Below, piece after piece: positions 23,950 through 36,190 of a DNA stretch of 64,000 bases (its first letter is position 1; every line of letters starts with the position of its first letter). Location of the stretch: NCBI GenBank assembly GCA_013239625.1, contig MU054212.1:9906898-9970897 (forward strand), in the 5' to 3' direction. Made by a program: the position numbers and the translations under genes. The stretch comes from Lama guanicoe. Taxonomy: Eukaryota. Under the pieces are notes generated by a model. It was not told where the DNA came from and ran no database searches. It saw nothing but the letters and a program-made list of their open reading frames with translations.

Positions 23950-24210
23950 CCTGGTGCCAACGCCAGCTCTGCAGCTGCTTGGGGTGGGGCGGGGGGCTGG
24001 TGGCTGTAGGCAATACTTTATCTCCCTGCTGCTTCAGTGCCCTTACCTACAGGAGGGATGAGAGCAGTGCCTCCTCATCGTGTTGTCCTGAGGATAAAAG
24101 GGAAAACAGAAAATACAGAAACACACAAGAATAGAAAACACACGTAGAAACCACTTAGAATGGGGGCTGGCACGTGATAATCTCTCAATTAACATTAGCT
24201 GTTAGCATTA
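23950..24210 (+). mobile_element. MIR SINE (degenerate)
   Basis: cttcagtgcccttacct...gttgtcctgaggataaaa...cacttagaatgggggctggcacgtgataatctctcaattaac. Confidence 0.6.
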
Positions 24211-24254
24211 TGGATCCCTTAGATCAGGCTGTGGAGTTCATGATGAGGTATAGG

Positions 24255-25050
24255 CTTTATTGTATTTTATTTGTTCAATTAAAATTAATTTTAATTACAT
24301 AAGGAATTCACGAATACATTCTCCTTGTAAAAAATTAAAACATTACAGTGAAAATTATTTCCATTTTGACTGCTCCCATTCCCAGCCCCTCCCCAGCGTT
24401 TATTGGTTTTCAGTTTGGTACACAGCCTTTTACAATTTTTTAAAGGGCATCTATGTACGTACATGTAATTGTGGAAAGTAACAGAGAGTATGTGGATGAC
24501 AATCGTCTATCCATCTTTCTATCTATCATCTAATCTAGTATTAAATGGTATATATCTATGTCTTTTTCACTCAATGTGTCTTAGAGATTATTTTGTATCA
24601 GAACATAGAGGCTCACTGTATTTATTTTAACAACTTCATACTATTCCATATTATGGGGATATCGTGTTTGGTTTAGCCATTGTTTAAAATTTCCCGTTAC
24701 TATAGACAGTGCTGTGCTAAACATCCTTGTAGATATCTCCGTGTGTGCAGACATTTGAACATTTTCTCAAGGTTGTCATTTTGCTCTCCAAAAGCGGTTG
24801 TGCAAACTCACGCTCGCCACAAAGGTGTACAAGTTGTGTGTCTTCACACCACTTCATCATCCTTTTGTATTACCTTGCTTTAATTTTGCCAGTCTGCGGC
24901 GTCTAAAAGATTACAGAATTATATCGGTGTTTTAATTAGAACGTCCCTTCTTCCTAGCCACAGCATGTATTTACTGGCAGTTTGTATATTCTCTTTTGTG
25001 GATTGCCTGTTCTGCTCATTGCCTATTGTTGTATCGAGCTACGTTCCTTC
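24255..25050 (-). mobile_element. Old L1M fragment (left part of host element)
   Basis: T-rich antisense L1 3' sequence: tattccatatt...aaacatccttgta...taattttgccagtctg. Confidence 0.7.
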
Positions 25051-25059
25051 CACTTATTT

Positions 25060-25495
25060 ATCTATTTGCTTATTTATTTATTTTAGTGTGCTTTACTTAC
25101 AACGTTATATTAGTTTCAGGTGTAAAACACAGTGATTTGATATTTTTATAGGTTATACACCATACAAAATTATTTTAAAATATAGGCTATAATCCCCGTG
25201 TAGAAGGTTACATCCCTGTGTGACTGTCTTATTTTCTAACTGCTACTTTCTGCTTCTTAATCCCCTTCACCTGTTTTGCCTCTCCTCGTCTCCCTGTGGT
25301 AACCACTAGTTTGTTCTCTGTATCTGTGAGTTTGTTTCTGTTTTGTTATATTTGTTTGTTTCCTTTTTCAGATTCCATATACAAATAAAACCCTTTGTGT
25401 TTCTCTGTCCAACCCACTTCACTAAGCATAATACCCTCCAGGTCCATCCATGTTGATGCAAATGGCAAGATTCCATTCTTTTTTATGGGTGAGTA

Positions 25496-25540
<45 letters not shown>

Positions 25541-25594
25541 ATATATATTTACACACACATATATACATACATACACATCTTCTTTATCCATTCA
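25060..25594 (-). mobile_element. L1 3'UTR and tail (3' segment of a 5'-inverted L1)
   Basis: Antisense L1 3' end; minus ORF contains YYSPIKKNGILPFASTWMDLEGIMLSE. Confidence 0.92.
25500..25576. repeat. (CT)n + (TA)/(CA)/(CATA) microsatellite in L1
   Basis: Seen directly. Confidence 0.95.
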
Positions 25595-26381
25595 GATAAA
25601 CTCAACATGGATTAAAGACTTAAATGTGAGACCTGAAATCATAAAAACTCCTAGAGGAAAACATAGGCAGTACACTTTTTGACATCGGTCTTAGCAGTAT
25701 TTTTATGAATCTGTCTCCTCAGGCAAGGACAGCAAAAGTTAAACTAAACAAATGAAACCCAATCAAACTAGAAAGCTTTTGCCCAGCGAAGGAACCCATC
25801 AAGAAAATGAAAAAGTAACCTGCTGAATGGGAGAAGATATTTGCAAACACATGTCCAATAAAGGGTTAATAGCCAAACTATATGAAGAACTCATACAACT
25901 CAATATAAAATAAACAAACCCAATTAAAAAATGGGCAGAGCATCTGCATAGGTGTTTTTCTAAAGAAGACATTCAGGTGGCCAATAGTCACATGAAAGAA
26001 AAGCTCTCACCATCGCTGATCATCTGGGAAATGCAAACCAGAACCACAATGAGATATCACTTCACACCTGTCAGGACAGTTATCATCAAAATGAACACAA
26101 GCAGCAAATGTTGGCAAGGATGTGGAGAAAAGGGAATCCTCTTGCACTGTTGGTAGGAATGTAAATTGGTGCAGCCACTGTGGGCAACAGTATGGAAGTT
26201 CCTCAAAAAATTAAAAATAGAACTACCTTATGATTCAGCAGTTCCACTCCTGGGCATTTATCTGAAGAAAAACAAGAACACTAAATTGAAACGATACATG
26301 CACTCCAATGTTCATAGCAACGTTATTTACAATAGCCAAGATATGGAATCAACCTAAGTGCCCATCGACAGATGAATGGAT
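25595..26381 (+). mobile_element. L1 ORF2 segment (inverted 5' segment of twin-primed L1)
   Basis: Sense L1: [57 protein letters not shown]; ends at the L1 position where the minus segment begins. Confidence 0.92.
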
Positions 26382-26710
26382 TCATTTTTTTTTGTCAATA
26401 ATTTTTGCAGATCTTTTAAAAGATGTATTTTGGATAATGATCCTTTCTGTGCTTCATTTGGTGACAGTATTTTCTCCCATCCATTGTTTGCTTTTTGTCT
26501 CATACATGTGCTTAATTTTGATTTAGTCCATTTATATCATCCTGTGCTTTAATGACTTGCTTTTGTATCCTACTTTTAGGTCGACTTCCCTCTTCCTCAG
26601 CATCATAAACACACTTTCCAATATTTTCTTCTGTTTTTAAAAGTATTAAGTCTTTGATCCATCTGGCCTTTATTTTGTAAATTATGTAAAGTATGATCTA
26701 ATTTTTTGCA
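26382..26710 (-). mobile_element. Old L1M fragment (right part of host element)
   Basis: attttggataatgatcctt...tctttgatccatctgg; continues the 24255-25050 element. Confidence 0.65.
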
Positions 26711-26714
26711 CAAG

Positions 26715-26890
26715 ACACTGAGCTAAGAGCTTTACATACATGATCTCAGTCATTCATACTCTCTGAGAAGTTAGGCATTCTGACACTCCTCTTGCAGATG
26801 AGGAAGTAAGCCGAGAGAGATGCAGTAATTTGCCCAAAGGTCCCAAAGGCCAATGCAGAGCAGCCATCTGAAATGACATCTATCTGTGGG
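26715..26890 (-). mobile_element. MIR SINE
   Basis: gacactgagctaagagctttacatacatgatctca...ttgcagatgaggaagtaagcc...taatttgcccaaaggtc. Confidence 0.85.
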
Positions 26891-27970
26891 ATTACATGGG
26901 TCTTTGCATGTCCAAATGCCTCTCCCAGAGCTCCCTGCAGGCTGAGCACTGGCTGATCATACTAAAAGGAGGAATTCAGATGAGGTAGGGAAGACCCTCT
27001 TTCCTTTAGAAGCTAAAATCACCAAGCATCCTTGAAGGCCAGGAAGACAGACACCGAGGGGGCAGTGGACTTCTGAAAGGGACGGAGATTCCCACGGTAT
27101 CAGCAGCACTGCTTACGTGAGCCGGCTTTGGCCAGTGCGCTTCTCTGGGATATAGGAGGGTCGCAGTGGGCATCCAGCCCGGGCAGGTCCTGTCCCTCAC
27201 AAGTAGGACACTGGTCCTGGCTTTTCTTCTCTCTCTTTATAGCAGAAGGTCCAGGAAGCTGGGAGCACAACCTTTTCTTCATTACCTGTTTCTCCTGAAC
27301 CCCTCACGGGGGAGGCTGAGTATGGGGTGAGGGTCGTGAGAGGGGCCACGGAAGGAGGAGAGGAAAAGCTGTCTCTGATTTTACTCTGCAAATCTCACTG
27401 CTCCCACCCACTCACCTGTGTGGGCTGGAAACCTGGCTCAACCGTTCCATCTCTCCCCAAAGAGCTGTGAACCACACACTTAGCAATGCAGAGAGATGGC
27501 TCCAGGCACCCTCAGCATTTATTATAAATCACTGAGACAGGAAAGATATGAGTCCCCACCTGCAGAACCACTGAAGCAGCGGCTGTGGGCATATCTTTCC
27601 TGAAAACAATTGCCCTGCTTTCTCCACAGCACACGGGGCTGCGGGGGCCAAACCCACAGGAACCGTTCCCTGGGGCAGCATTCTCAACCCTGGGGACATT
27701 TTCTTGATACGATCCTTACGTGGAGACCCTCTTAAATGCTGGCATTTTCTGACCTCCCTTAAACTGTCTTCTGTTCAAAGTGCGCCCTCCACGCCCCTCC
27801 TCACGTCCTATGGTGTTCTCACCTTCAGGCTGGAATTAGCATACATTTTTGTTATCTTCTACCCACTGATAGATTTTCAACCCCTTAAGGGAAGGAGTGG
27901 TCTTCTTTGTGGGAGATCAATGAAGAGTATTTAATCTTTAAAAAAAAAAAACTGTGAGAAAAAAGGCGGT

Positions 27971-28113
27971 GGTGGAGGGTGTAGCTAAGTGGTAGAGTGC
28001 ATGCTTAGCATGCGTGAGGTCCTGGGTTCAATCCCCAGTACCTCCATTAAAAATAAAATAAAATAAATGAACCTAATTACATCCCCCTTTCAAAACCAAA
28101 TTAAAATAAAAAA
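27971..28113 (+). mobile_element. tRNA-Ala(AGC)-derived SINE (camelid vic-1 type)
   Basis: gggtgtagctaagtggtagagtgcatgcttagcatgcgtgaggtcctgggttcaatccccagtacctcca, then A-rich linker, aacctaattac and A tail; same family as 3308-3466. Confidence 0.92.
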
Positions 28114-28149
28114 GTACAGGAGAAAAAAACCCAATCCTCTTTTTTTCTA

Positions 28150-28445
28150 ACAAAAACAAGACACACGTAGAAAACAAACTTATGGTTACCAGGGTGAGGA
28201 AAGGGGTGGAAGAGATAAACTGAGAGTTCAAGATTTGTAGATACTAACCACTATATATAAATAGATAAACAACAAGTTTCTATTGTAGAGCACAGGGAAC
28301 TATATTCAATATCCTGTAGTAACCTATAATGAAAAAGAATCTGAAAAGGAATATGTGTGTGTATATGTATGACTGAAACATTACTGTGTTATACACCAGA
28401 AATTGACACAGCATTGTAAACTGACTATATTTCAATTCAAAAAAA
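28150..28445 (+). mobile_element. L1 3'UTR terminal fragment
   Basis: agaaaacaaacttatggttaccag...cacagggaactatattcaatatc...cattgtaaactgactata + A tail; closely matches 12660-12930. Confidence 0.9.
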
Positions 28446-30797
28446 GTATTCTCTGAAACTTGAAAGAGAGGAAAGAAATAACATGTTCTAAATGGGAATA
28501 AAAATTATTTAAATTTTCAAACAAAAAAAGGAAGCTGATCTCCAAATCAGCTGTCTTCTCTGCCCCCAGAACACAGTGCCGTCGTCCCCACCTGAGACCT
28601 TTGCCATGTGGTTCTTACATCTGTGATGCCCTCTCTTCTGTGTCTGAGCTGCTATTTAGACTCTCAGTTGTGTTGATCAAGCTGCCCTTGGTACGTTCAA
28701 CCACAAAGCACATGCTGTAAAAAGGCGAGGGGTCGGGGGAGGGGAGAGGTGGCCCTCCCTCACATCTCCCCCTCGGCCCTGGAGCTGACCCTGCATATCC
28801 CAGCCACAGGGGAGGTTGTGCAGACCTGGCCTGCGGTCTGGACCAGCCAGTGCTGCCCTCTGCTACTCAGATCAAATTCCATCATCGTCAGGCGGGGACG
28901 CCCTCCAGATGGCCCCACACACGCACAGATGCTGCTGGGAAGGAGTGGGGGAGGCTCCTTGGGCCCAGCCCGTTAGCACATCAGCCCCAATCAGTTCACC
29001 AGACTAACCAGTGCATCCTATTAGCTCTGTCACTTCTTGGTGGGCAGTTTCCTACCCGGATCCCTCAGCCTCTTTTTCTCAAACCCAAACTCATGGGGTA
29101 GATAGAGTTTCTTCCTCAATACTTTGGATTTAGCAGCCTTCTCTGTTGATGGAGCAGTGGGAGAGAGCAAGCAAGCAATATTCCCTTTGCTGAAATGATT
29201 AAATTAAGAAAAGATGATCATATGACAACCACCGCCTGCCTCAGTGAAGGCGGCTTCCTCTCAGATGAATGTTGGGCTTGTTGATTACTGTGTCGTTTAC
29301 AGTGGTCCCTTGAGGTCACAGGGCAAGGTCACACCCTGGATGCCTTTGCATCCAGGGCACAATAATTTCCAGAGTTGACGGCAGAGACGTGAATCCGCTG
29401 CAGGGGGTGGGAACTCTTGTGGGAGTCCAGTGGGCGGGGCCACTCTGGCCCCACCTCTTCGACTTGGCCGTGGAGCACGTGAGGGTCTCACTGCACTTGG
29501 ATTCGCCCTGCGGAGGGAGCTTCAGGCAGTCTCCCGATCCTGGTCTCTGCTGCGTCCCACCGTCACCATCCTGGTGATGCATGACCTCCCAACAGATTTC
29601 TTTCGTGTGATTTCTGACCCTTGTGCTGTTCCCACCTGGGCGGGATGAAAGCGAGACTTGGGTGTGCCCCACCAGGCACAGGAAATGGTGATAAGGTGAG
29701 TTTGTGGAGAATCAGCGGACTCAGTGGTGGGTGCTGGTTTACAAGAGCCAGCTTGTCCTGTGCCTGTGGGGGAGTCTCCAACTTTGCCAACCCTGGGATA
29801 TGGGTTTCGTGAAAGAGGAGGAGGTTTCCCTGTCAGTTCCGTGTAGGATTGCTTTAAGTGGGGACTCCCTTGCTATAGTTAGACTCCAGTTATTCCCCAG
29901 ACAGGTGTGAATTATCTTATGGGAAAATGTGGTGTGGACTGTGGTTTGAGAACAGGGGAGGGAGAGACAAGCCTGCTGGGGAAATCGAGGGACATTTCAG
30001 GTTCTGGGAGGTTTGATTGTAAGTCAGAATTTGCTAAGGAGAGGATAAGAAAAGCATTTGTCTTTTGAGGTCAGGGACTTGGAGATCCCACAGGCTGTCC
30101 GTGGAAGAGAGCCCAGTGGGGCCAAGAGTGGGCAGTGGGGGAGGGCTGGGCCGTCCCCAGAACAGGTGCAAATTGAGGAAAATGAGGGGACAGCGGGCTC
30201 CAGTCACATGCGAAGCCTTGAGTGTGACTAGGAATCTGCTTTCCACCTGTCTGGAGAGGGGAAAGCACTTCTGAAGACGCTGCAGGCTGGTTTGATTTAG
30301 AAAAGACACATGGCTTTTGGGCAACAGAAGCGTGGCACAAAGAGAAGTCCAGCTGCATGACAGAAGGGCTGTTTCAGGTGCCTTTGGTTCAAACTGAGCC
30401 CCTCACTGAGGAAGGGTCTCTGGTCACTGCTGTCTAATTTCAGAATTGGCCCCCCTGAAGGGCCAATTCACAGCTATGATTCGAGTTAGGCCAAGCAGAA
30501 CTTTCAGGGTTCATGATGAGCCTAGCGCATCCTCGTTCTGAGGGTTCAGAGGAAGCAGCTGGGACTGTCAGCCTGCCTGGGAAGCATCCTCTGCGTAGGG
30601 GAGACAGCCCCAAATCCCAGCACTTTAATAATCATGGTGGCAGGGTTCGGTTGGCTCAGACTGTCAGTCAGTGCTGTGGGAGGGCAAAAAAAATGGATCA
30701 GAAGCGGATTTGGTGTCTCAGGGTGGGGAGGCTGGACTGGGACAAGGCTGGATGAAACTTTGAGAGGTGGAGAGGACAAAGTACAGTCATCTCTTGA

Positions 30798-30831
30798 AAA
30801 CAAAACAAAACAGAACAAAACAAAACAAAAC
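30798..30831. repeat. (AAAAC)n repeat
   Basis: Seen directly. Confidence 0.9.
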
Positions 30832-30962
30832 CATCCGATTAGCTTTGGCAGGTGTGGTCAGCCAACATGTGAGTGAATCCCTTTACATGCAGAACCATGC
30901 TGGAGGCAGGTCAAAGTGAAATACATGGAGTCCTGCTCTCCTGAGACCTGTCTGCCACGAAA

Positions 30963-31330
30963 CACATTCATTCATTCATACACTCATACATGCATTCGTT
31001 CTGCAGACACTGAGCTCCTGGTATGTGCCAGCCCTGTGCTGGTACTGGGAACAGGACCCCGATGGGAAGGAGACACAGTGAGCTAACTCGAGAAGGGGCT
31101 AAACCATCTCAAGCATGCCTGCGAGCTTCTGGAGGGCTGGAGTGATGAGGCCGAATTGTGTTTGGCCAGGAAGAAGGCCTCCTCCAGGAGAAGAGGGACC
31201 GAAGGAAGCAAGCAGTTAACTTTGTTGAGCTCACAGGGTGGGAGGCGGTCTGCAAGAGGGGCCGGGCAAGTAAACACATACCTGTGATGCACCAGGCTGA
31301 GGGTGATGGTCATGTATGAAAGAGTGCTGA
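30963..31330 (-). mobile_element. L2 fragment
   Basis: cattcattcattc...tgagctcctggtatgtgccagccctgtgctggtactgggga. Confidence 0.75.
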
Positions 31331-32491
31331 GATAAAGGGAGAAGGGAGAGAGGAAAAGGAAAGATGGATCTAAGGGGCTGCCGGGAGGAGTCAGTGGGGT
31401 GTGTGTGTAGGAGGGAGCCTCGGGCACCCGGAGTGGGCCCTGCGCTCCCTGTGCTGGTCTCTGTGATGCTGACGCTGAGAAGACACAGCTCACAGAAAGG
31501 AGGAGGAAGGGCTTCGGCTCTCGTTCCTGTGAGTGACTCTGTGTCTCAGAAAAGGTCTGAGGAAAGTGGGGAAAAGGCTTTCTGAAGCTGATGCTGCAGA
31601 AGTGGGCTTTCTGGGGAGAGATGTGCTTTCATGCCGTCTTAACAGGTGAAGGGGGCGGAGGCGACTTGAAGTTCTGAAATCTCCAGTCCTCTGCTGGGAC
31701 CCAGACCCCATCCTGCAGCAGTAGACCCAGGCAGGAGACCCACCGACGGCAGCCCCTGGGGGCAGAGGGGCAGGTGGCGGGAGGCAGCCAGGAGGGGATG
31801 GGAAGGGACATTCTGATGTCTGGGGAACCAGCTTCCTGAGGGGCACAGGCCATCTCAGGTGCAGCTTTTCATGCGGTTTACACAGCCCGCTTGCAGGGCC
31901 GTCTTGCACATCCTGGGTGTACACCGTCGCCGGGTGGCAAGTGTCCCCATCATCCCGTGCAGCTGTCTGCAAGTCTGCCTGAGGTGCTTTTTCTTGCTTG
32001 GCTTAAGCATTATATCATTTGGGCTAAACAGTGCCCTCCCTGGGACTCTCTTTGAGTCTAATACGCGCATTTGTTTTTCCTGGAAGCTCCCTGGAACTTC
32101 CCCACACCGTGCCTCGGGGCTCCTGGCCGCCTTCTGGGAAACGTGCTTACTGCACTGAATAGGCTGGACTGTGAGGGTCTGTTGACCGAAATGTTGCAGC
32201 CGTTGCGTCTCCCACTTCCATATGTAGTTCCCCTCCCAAGGCACCCAGTGCGCATGCCCACCCACCTGTGAGTGCTTTGAAGACGGACCATTCTCACCCC
32301 AGGACCACCAGCAATGCCTAGCTGGGGCTGGCTGAAGGCCCCGGGACAGGGAGCACATTCAGGTCCCATCTCCGCAAAATGTCTAAATTCATTACAACAC
32401 CTTTTATTTCCTGATAGGAAAGATCAAGAAGAAGCACGAACCCCTGTGAACAAACTTAGGTTCCTAAGACTGGAGAGAATGGGACAGTGAT

Positions 32492-32838
32492 TGCCTTCAT
32501 CCGTTTGGGCTGCTGTAACAAAATATCACAGATTGGGTGGCTTATGAACAGCAGAAACTTATCGCTCGTGGTTCTGGAGGCTGGAAGTCCAAGATCAAGG
32601 TGCTGACAGATTCAGTGTCTGGTGGGGGCCCATTTCCTGGTTCATAGATGGCTGTCTTTGCTGTGTCCTCACGTGGTGGGAGGGCCTAGGGAATTTCTGG
32701 TTCTCTTTTATAAGGCCACTAATCCCCTTTATGAGGGGGTCCACCCTCATGACCTAATCACCTCCAAAGGTTTTATCTCCAAATACCAACATGTTAAGAA
32801 CTGGGCGGGGGGTACGACGACACATTTAGTCTATAGTA
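32492..32838 (-). mobile_element. MLT1A/MLT1A0 solo LTR
   Basis: ccgtttgggctgctgtaacaaaatatcacagattgggtggctta...ggttctggaggctggaagtccaagatcaagg; flanks gtgat/gtgct (5-bp TSD, one mismatch). Confidence 0.92.
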
Positions 32839-33239
32839 GTGCTGGAAAAAATCAGAGAAGAAGCAAGGATCTCCAGTTTCACTAGTTTTCTAGTTTTATA
32901 GAGAGATTCTGTCTCCCAGTATAGCTGCCATAAATAATCTCTTGCTGGAAAAAGGGCTTTATAGGTAAGGGCTGGAGAAATGCCAACGGGGTTCCTCTGC
33001 AGGGTTGCTTCCCTAGAGATCCATTTGCCCTCCAACACAGAGAAAGTCAGCCTTCAGATGAGATGCTGGGATAGGTGACCCAATGCTCCCCGTCTCAGTT
33101 GACCCACAGAGCTCAGCCTTGAAAACTCCGGACATCCAACTTTGGGAGGAATCCAAATGCATGCAGTGGTCGCATTTCAGGGAGGTGCAGGACTTCGTGT
33201 GGCTGTAAATGTCTGTTGTGATTTTTGAGACATTCTAGG

Positions 33240-33355
33240 AGTGTATGAGACTCCAATCTCTTTAAGAAGAGAAGACAACATCAGTTATTCATTGTGTATC
33301 CTCACGTCCAGTATAGTGCTTGGCACGTGGTAAGTGCTCAGTAAATGATTTTTGG
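33240..33355 (+). mobile_element. L2 3' fragment
   Basis: cagtatagtgcttggcacgtggtaagtgctcagtaaatg. Confidence 0.75.
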
Positions 33356-33609
33356 AGATGTTTTGTTTTCAGTGCTGTTTAATCTATAGTAACTTAGGTG
33401 AGGCTGTGGCTAGACCTTGGGAGGGAGCAGGCCCTGGAATTAGGTTGGTCCAGTTGCATGAGGCAGACATGGTGGGGTGGGAGGTTTCAGTGCAGTAGAC
33501 AGAAAACTTGGTACTCAAAGGGCGTGGCTGATGAGTGGCAGGAGTGTCCCAGGGGACAAGCAGCCCAAGATGGGGAGCAGCCTATGAAGAAGCAAACAGC
33601 TGGCAGGTG

Positions 33610-33790
33610 CACCTCTGGGCCAGGCACTATTCTCTGCTCGCTACGTGTGTTAACAGCCAACCTATGAGACAGGTAATATTGCTCTTCCTCCTGCAGATGA
33701 GGAACTAGAGTCCTAGTGAAGCCACGACATTCTCTGGCGACTCAGCTGGTAGATGGTACCAGGACTCCGCCCCAGGCTAGCTCACTGCAG
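33610..33790 (-). mobile_element. MIR SINE
   Basis: gccaggcactattct...aacctatgagacaggtaatatt...cagatgaggaact. Confidence 0.75.
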
Positions 33791-35564
33791 GTTTCATGCT
33801 CTTTACAATCTCCCTCCATGACTTCTCTGCAGAGTGGGGATCTCAGGGTGGGCAGCATGAACTTGGAGAACCCAGCAATCAGCTGATTAAAGCAAACTCT
33901 GCAGGCAAGCATGGAGTTACTGAACAGCAGGCTGTCCCATGGGGTCTGGAGTGGCGTGAACCACATCCTGGAGTGGCTGGATGCTGAGTTGATGATCAGG
34001 GTGGGGATTCACACACAGGAACAAGGCAAGAAGACGGTGACAAGAGTCAGAGAAGAAAGTTTCCTGGCTCAAGAGCTGGTCCACCCTAGCTAAAGGCAGC
34101 AGCACTCAGTCCTGGGATCCTGTGGGAGACCTCTGAAATACTCCCTCTCTGGACTTGGTGTTAGCCAACTACTAGGGCAAGGCTGAGCATTAGTCTTAGA
34201 GTGTTTTCTTAAAGTAGGAATTACCTGAATAGGGGCGGGGAAGATGGCAGAAACCACCCAGCCTTGTCTGATGCACAGACTCGCTCAGTTTCTTGACGGT
34301 GAATACATTTCTTGAGGCCCATCCTGTTTTTTTCAGGCTGTACAACTGGAACTGGTGTTTATTTCCAAGGTTGTGTTATATGATGGGGAAAAGTTCTCTG
34401 GAGAAAAATTCTGGGGCTCATTAAACAGTGGGTAGAAGAGGAGGAGAGAACGAGGGAGGAAAGTAAAGAGACAATTATGGCAGGGATTCTGTTTTCTTTT
34501 CCTGTAGGAAAGGACCTAAAATAATTGCGTCTCCTCTTTGGAACATTTTTATTTTCCACACTTCATTCCTCTTTATGCAAAGCAGTGGGTTTAGGAGAGT
34601 GCATTCTTCGGGGAAATTCTCCCCGGGAAATATAGTACTGGGCGCGCAGGAGTTTCAGGTCATTGCAGGAATTGTTTAGAAACTAGAATTTACTTACAGC
34701 GGAAGACTGACCAGAAGTCCCTTCTATCCCCCTTTGCTATTTAAGTAAGTGCTTTGTACTTAATGATTTTTATTTGGGCAAATCAATTGGCTTCCCTTTG
34801 AGTGTAACTAGAGAAACTTGGGAATGGCTGTCCGAGGTGGTTTAGTACAAGCCCGGGCTGGGAAACTTTCCCTGTTGATTTGTTGGGGGGCTTTTTGTGA
34901 AAGGAGGAAGGAAATGGTGCCTTCTCCTTTTGAGCAGCAGCGTTTGTGGACAGCAGGACTTCTGCAAGTTCGTCTTTTTCTTTTCAGTGGCCAGTCCCTT
35001 AATTCTCTCCAACAGCCATTAATCAAACCAGCGGATAGGACACAACTTCATAGCAAATTGACCCTAAAATATAAACAGCACATAATGGCTTTGTTTTCCC
35101 ATCTCTTTGGCATTGACATTATAACAAAGGCCTTGACTAACGCTCAAGGATGTTGTGGATGGTTGAATTTCAGGCACTGGTCACAGGCTGACTGTCCTCA
35201 AGCTCTTTGAATAGCACCACCAGCCCACATAAAAAATAACTTCCCGTATGCATGTCCTTTTACATATCTCCCCCCATGATTTTACTAAGAACGAGCCCAA
35301 GGGGCTGGGCGTTTTGAAAGGGCTTTGATCATGTCTGTCTTCTGCGATGGACGGGAAGGAAAGGGTAGGAAGATGTCGGGGAACAGTTCTGCAGAGTAGA
35401 TTTCAATAATTTTTCACAGGCGTAGGAGTTTTCTGATTCTGTCCTGAGATGTTGGTATTTAAACCTGGAGGGAAAGGGAGCCTTTGAGAGTGTTTATGAA
35501 TTCCAGTCTTGGAGGAAATGGAAGAATAAATTGGCAGAGGAGTTTGAGATTGAAGGGAAGGCTC

Positions 35565-35890
35565 ACACAACAAAAGTTTATCATTTCCTCCCAGTTCTGG
35601 AGGTGGGAAGTCTGAGATCAAGGCATCAGCAGGCTTCTTTCAAGGCCTCTTTCCTTGACTGGTGGATGGGCATCTTGTCCCTGTGTCCTCACATTGTCTT
35701 CCTTCTGGGCATGTCTGTGTCCTAATCTTCTCTTCTTAAAAAGGCATCATTGGATTACGGTCCACTTTAATGACCTCGTTGTAACTTAAGTACCTCTTTC
35801 AAGGCCTTGTCTCCAAATACGGTCACCCATTCTGGTACTGGTTAGACTTCAACTTATGAATTTTGGGAGAACACAATCCAGTCCATAAAA
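35565..35890 (-). mobile_element. MaLR LTR (MLT1B/C-like)
   Basis: cagttctggaggtgggaagtctgagatcaagg...tctccaaatacggtcac...acacaatccagtccataa. Confidence 0.88.
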
Positions 35891-36011
35891 GGAGTGAGTT
35901 TGGAGGGGCTTCTGCAACTACAAGTCATTTTGGTCCTTCTACGTGCTTAGGGGCCAGCTCTGGGTGACAGAACATAGATGCTAAAAGTCTAGTGTATAGA
36001 CCACTTGTTAT

Positions 36012-36190
36012 CCATTGGTTCTGCAGCTCAGCCACCTGTTAAAATCACAAGGAAGTTTAAAAAAAACTCTGATGCCTGAATTTCCACCCTTTGATGTCCT
36101 TATTAAGTTGGCATGAGGTGGGACCAGAGTTGGGTAATTCTTGAAAGTTCTTGGGAGATTTTAATGTGCAGCCAGCAATCATAACCACTG
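36012..36190. mobile_element. MER5-type hAT-Charlie element
   Basis: ttaaaatcacaaggaagtttaaaaaa...gattttaatgtgcagccag...accactg. Confidence 0.75.

Noticed and set aside
27974..28046. Apparent tRNA-Ala(AGC) gene
   Set aside because: The D-stem is disrupted and CpGs have decayed. It is followed by a SINE body and A tail, and a related copy with a TSD exists at 3308-3466, so it is a SINE head.
31490..32369. Stack of 100-167-aa ORFs
   Set aside because: Multiple frames are open because of GC content; the peptides look random.
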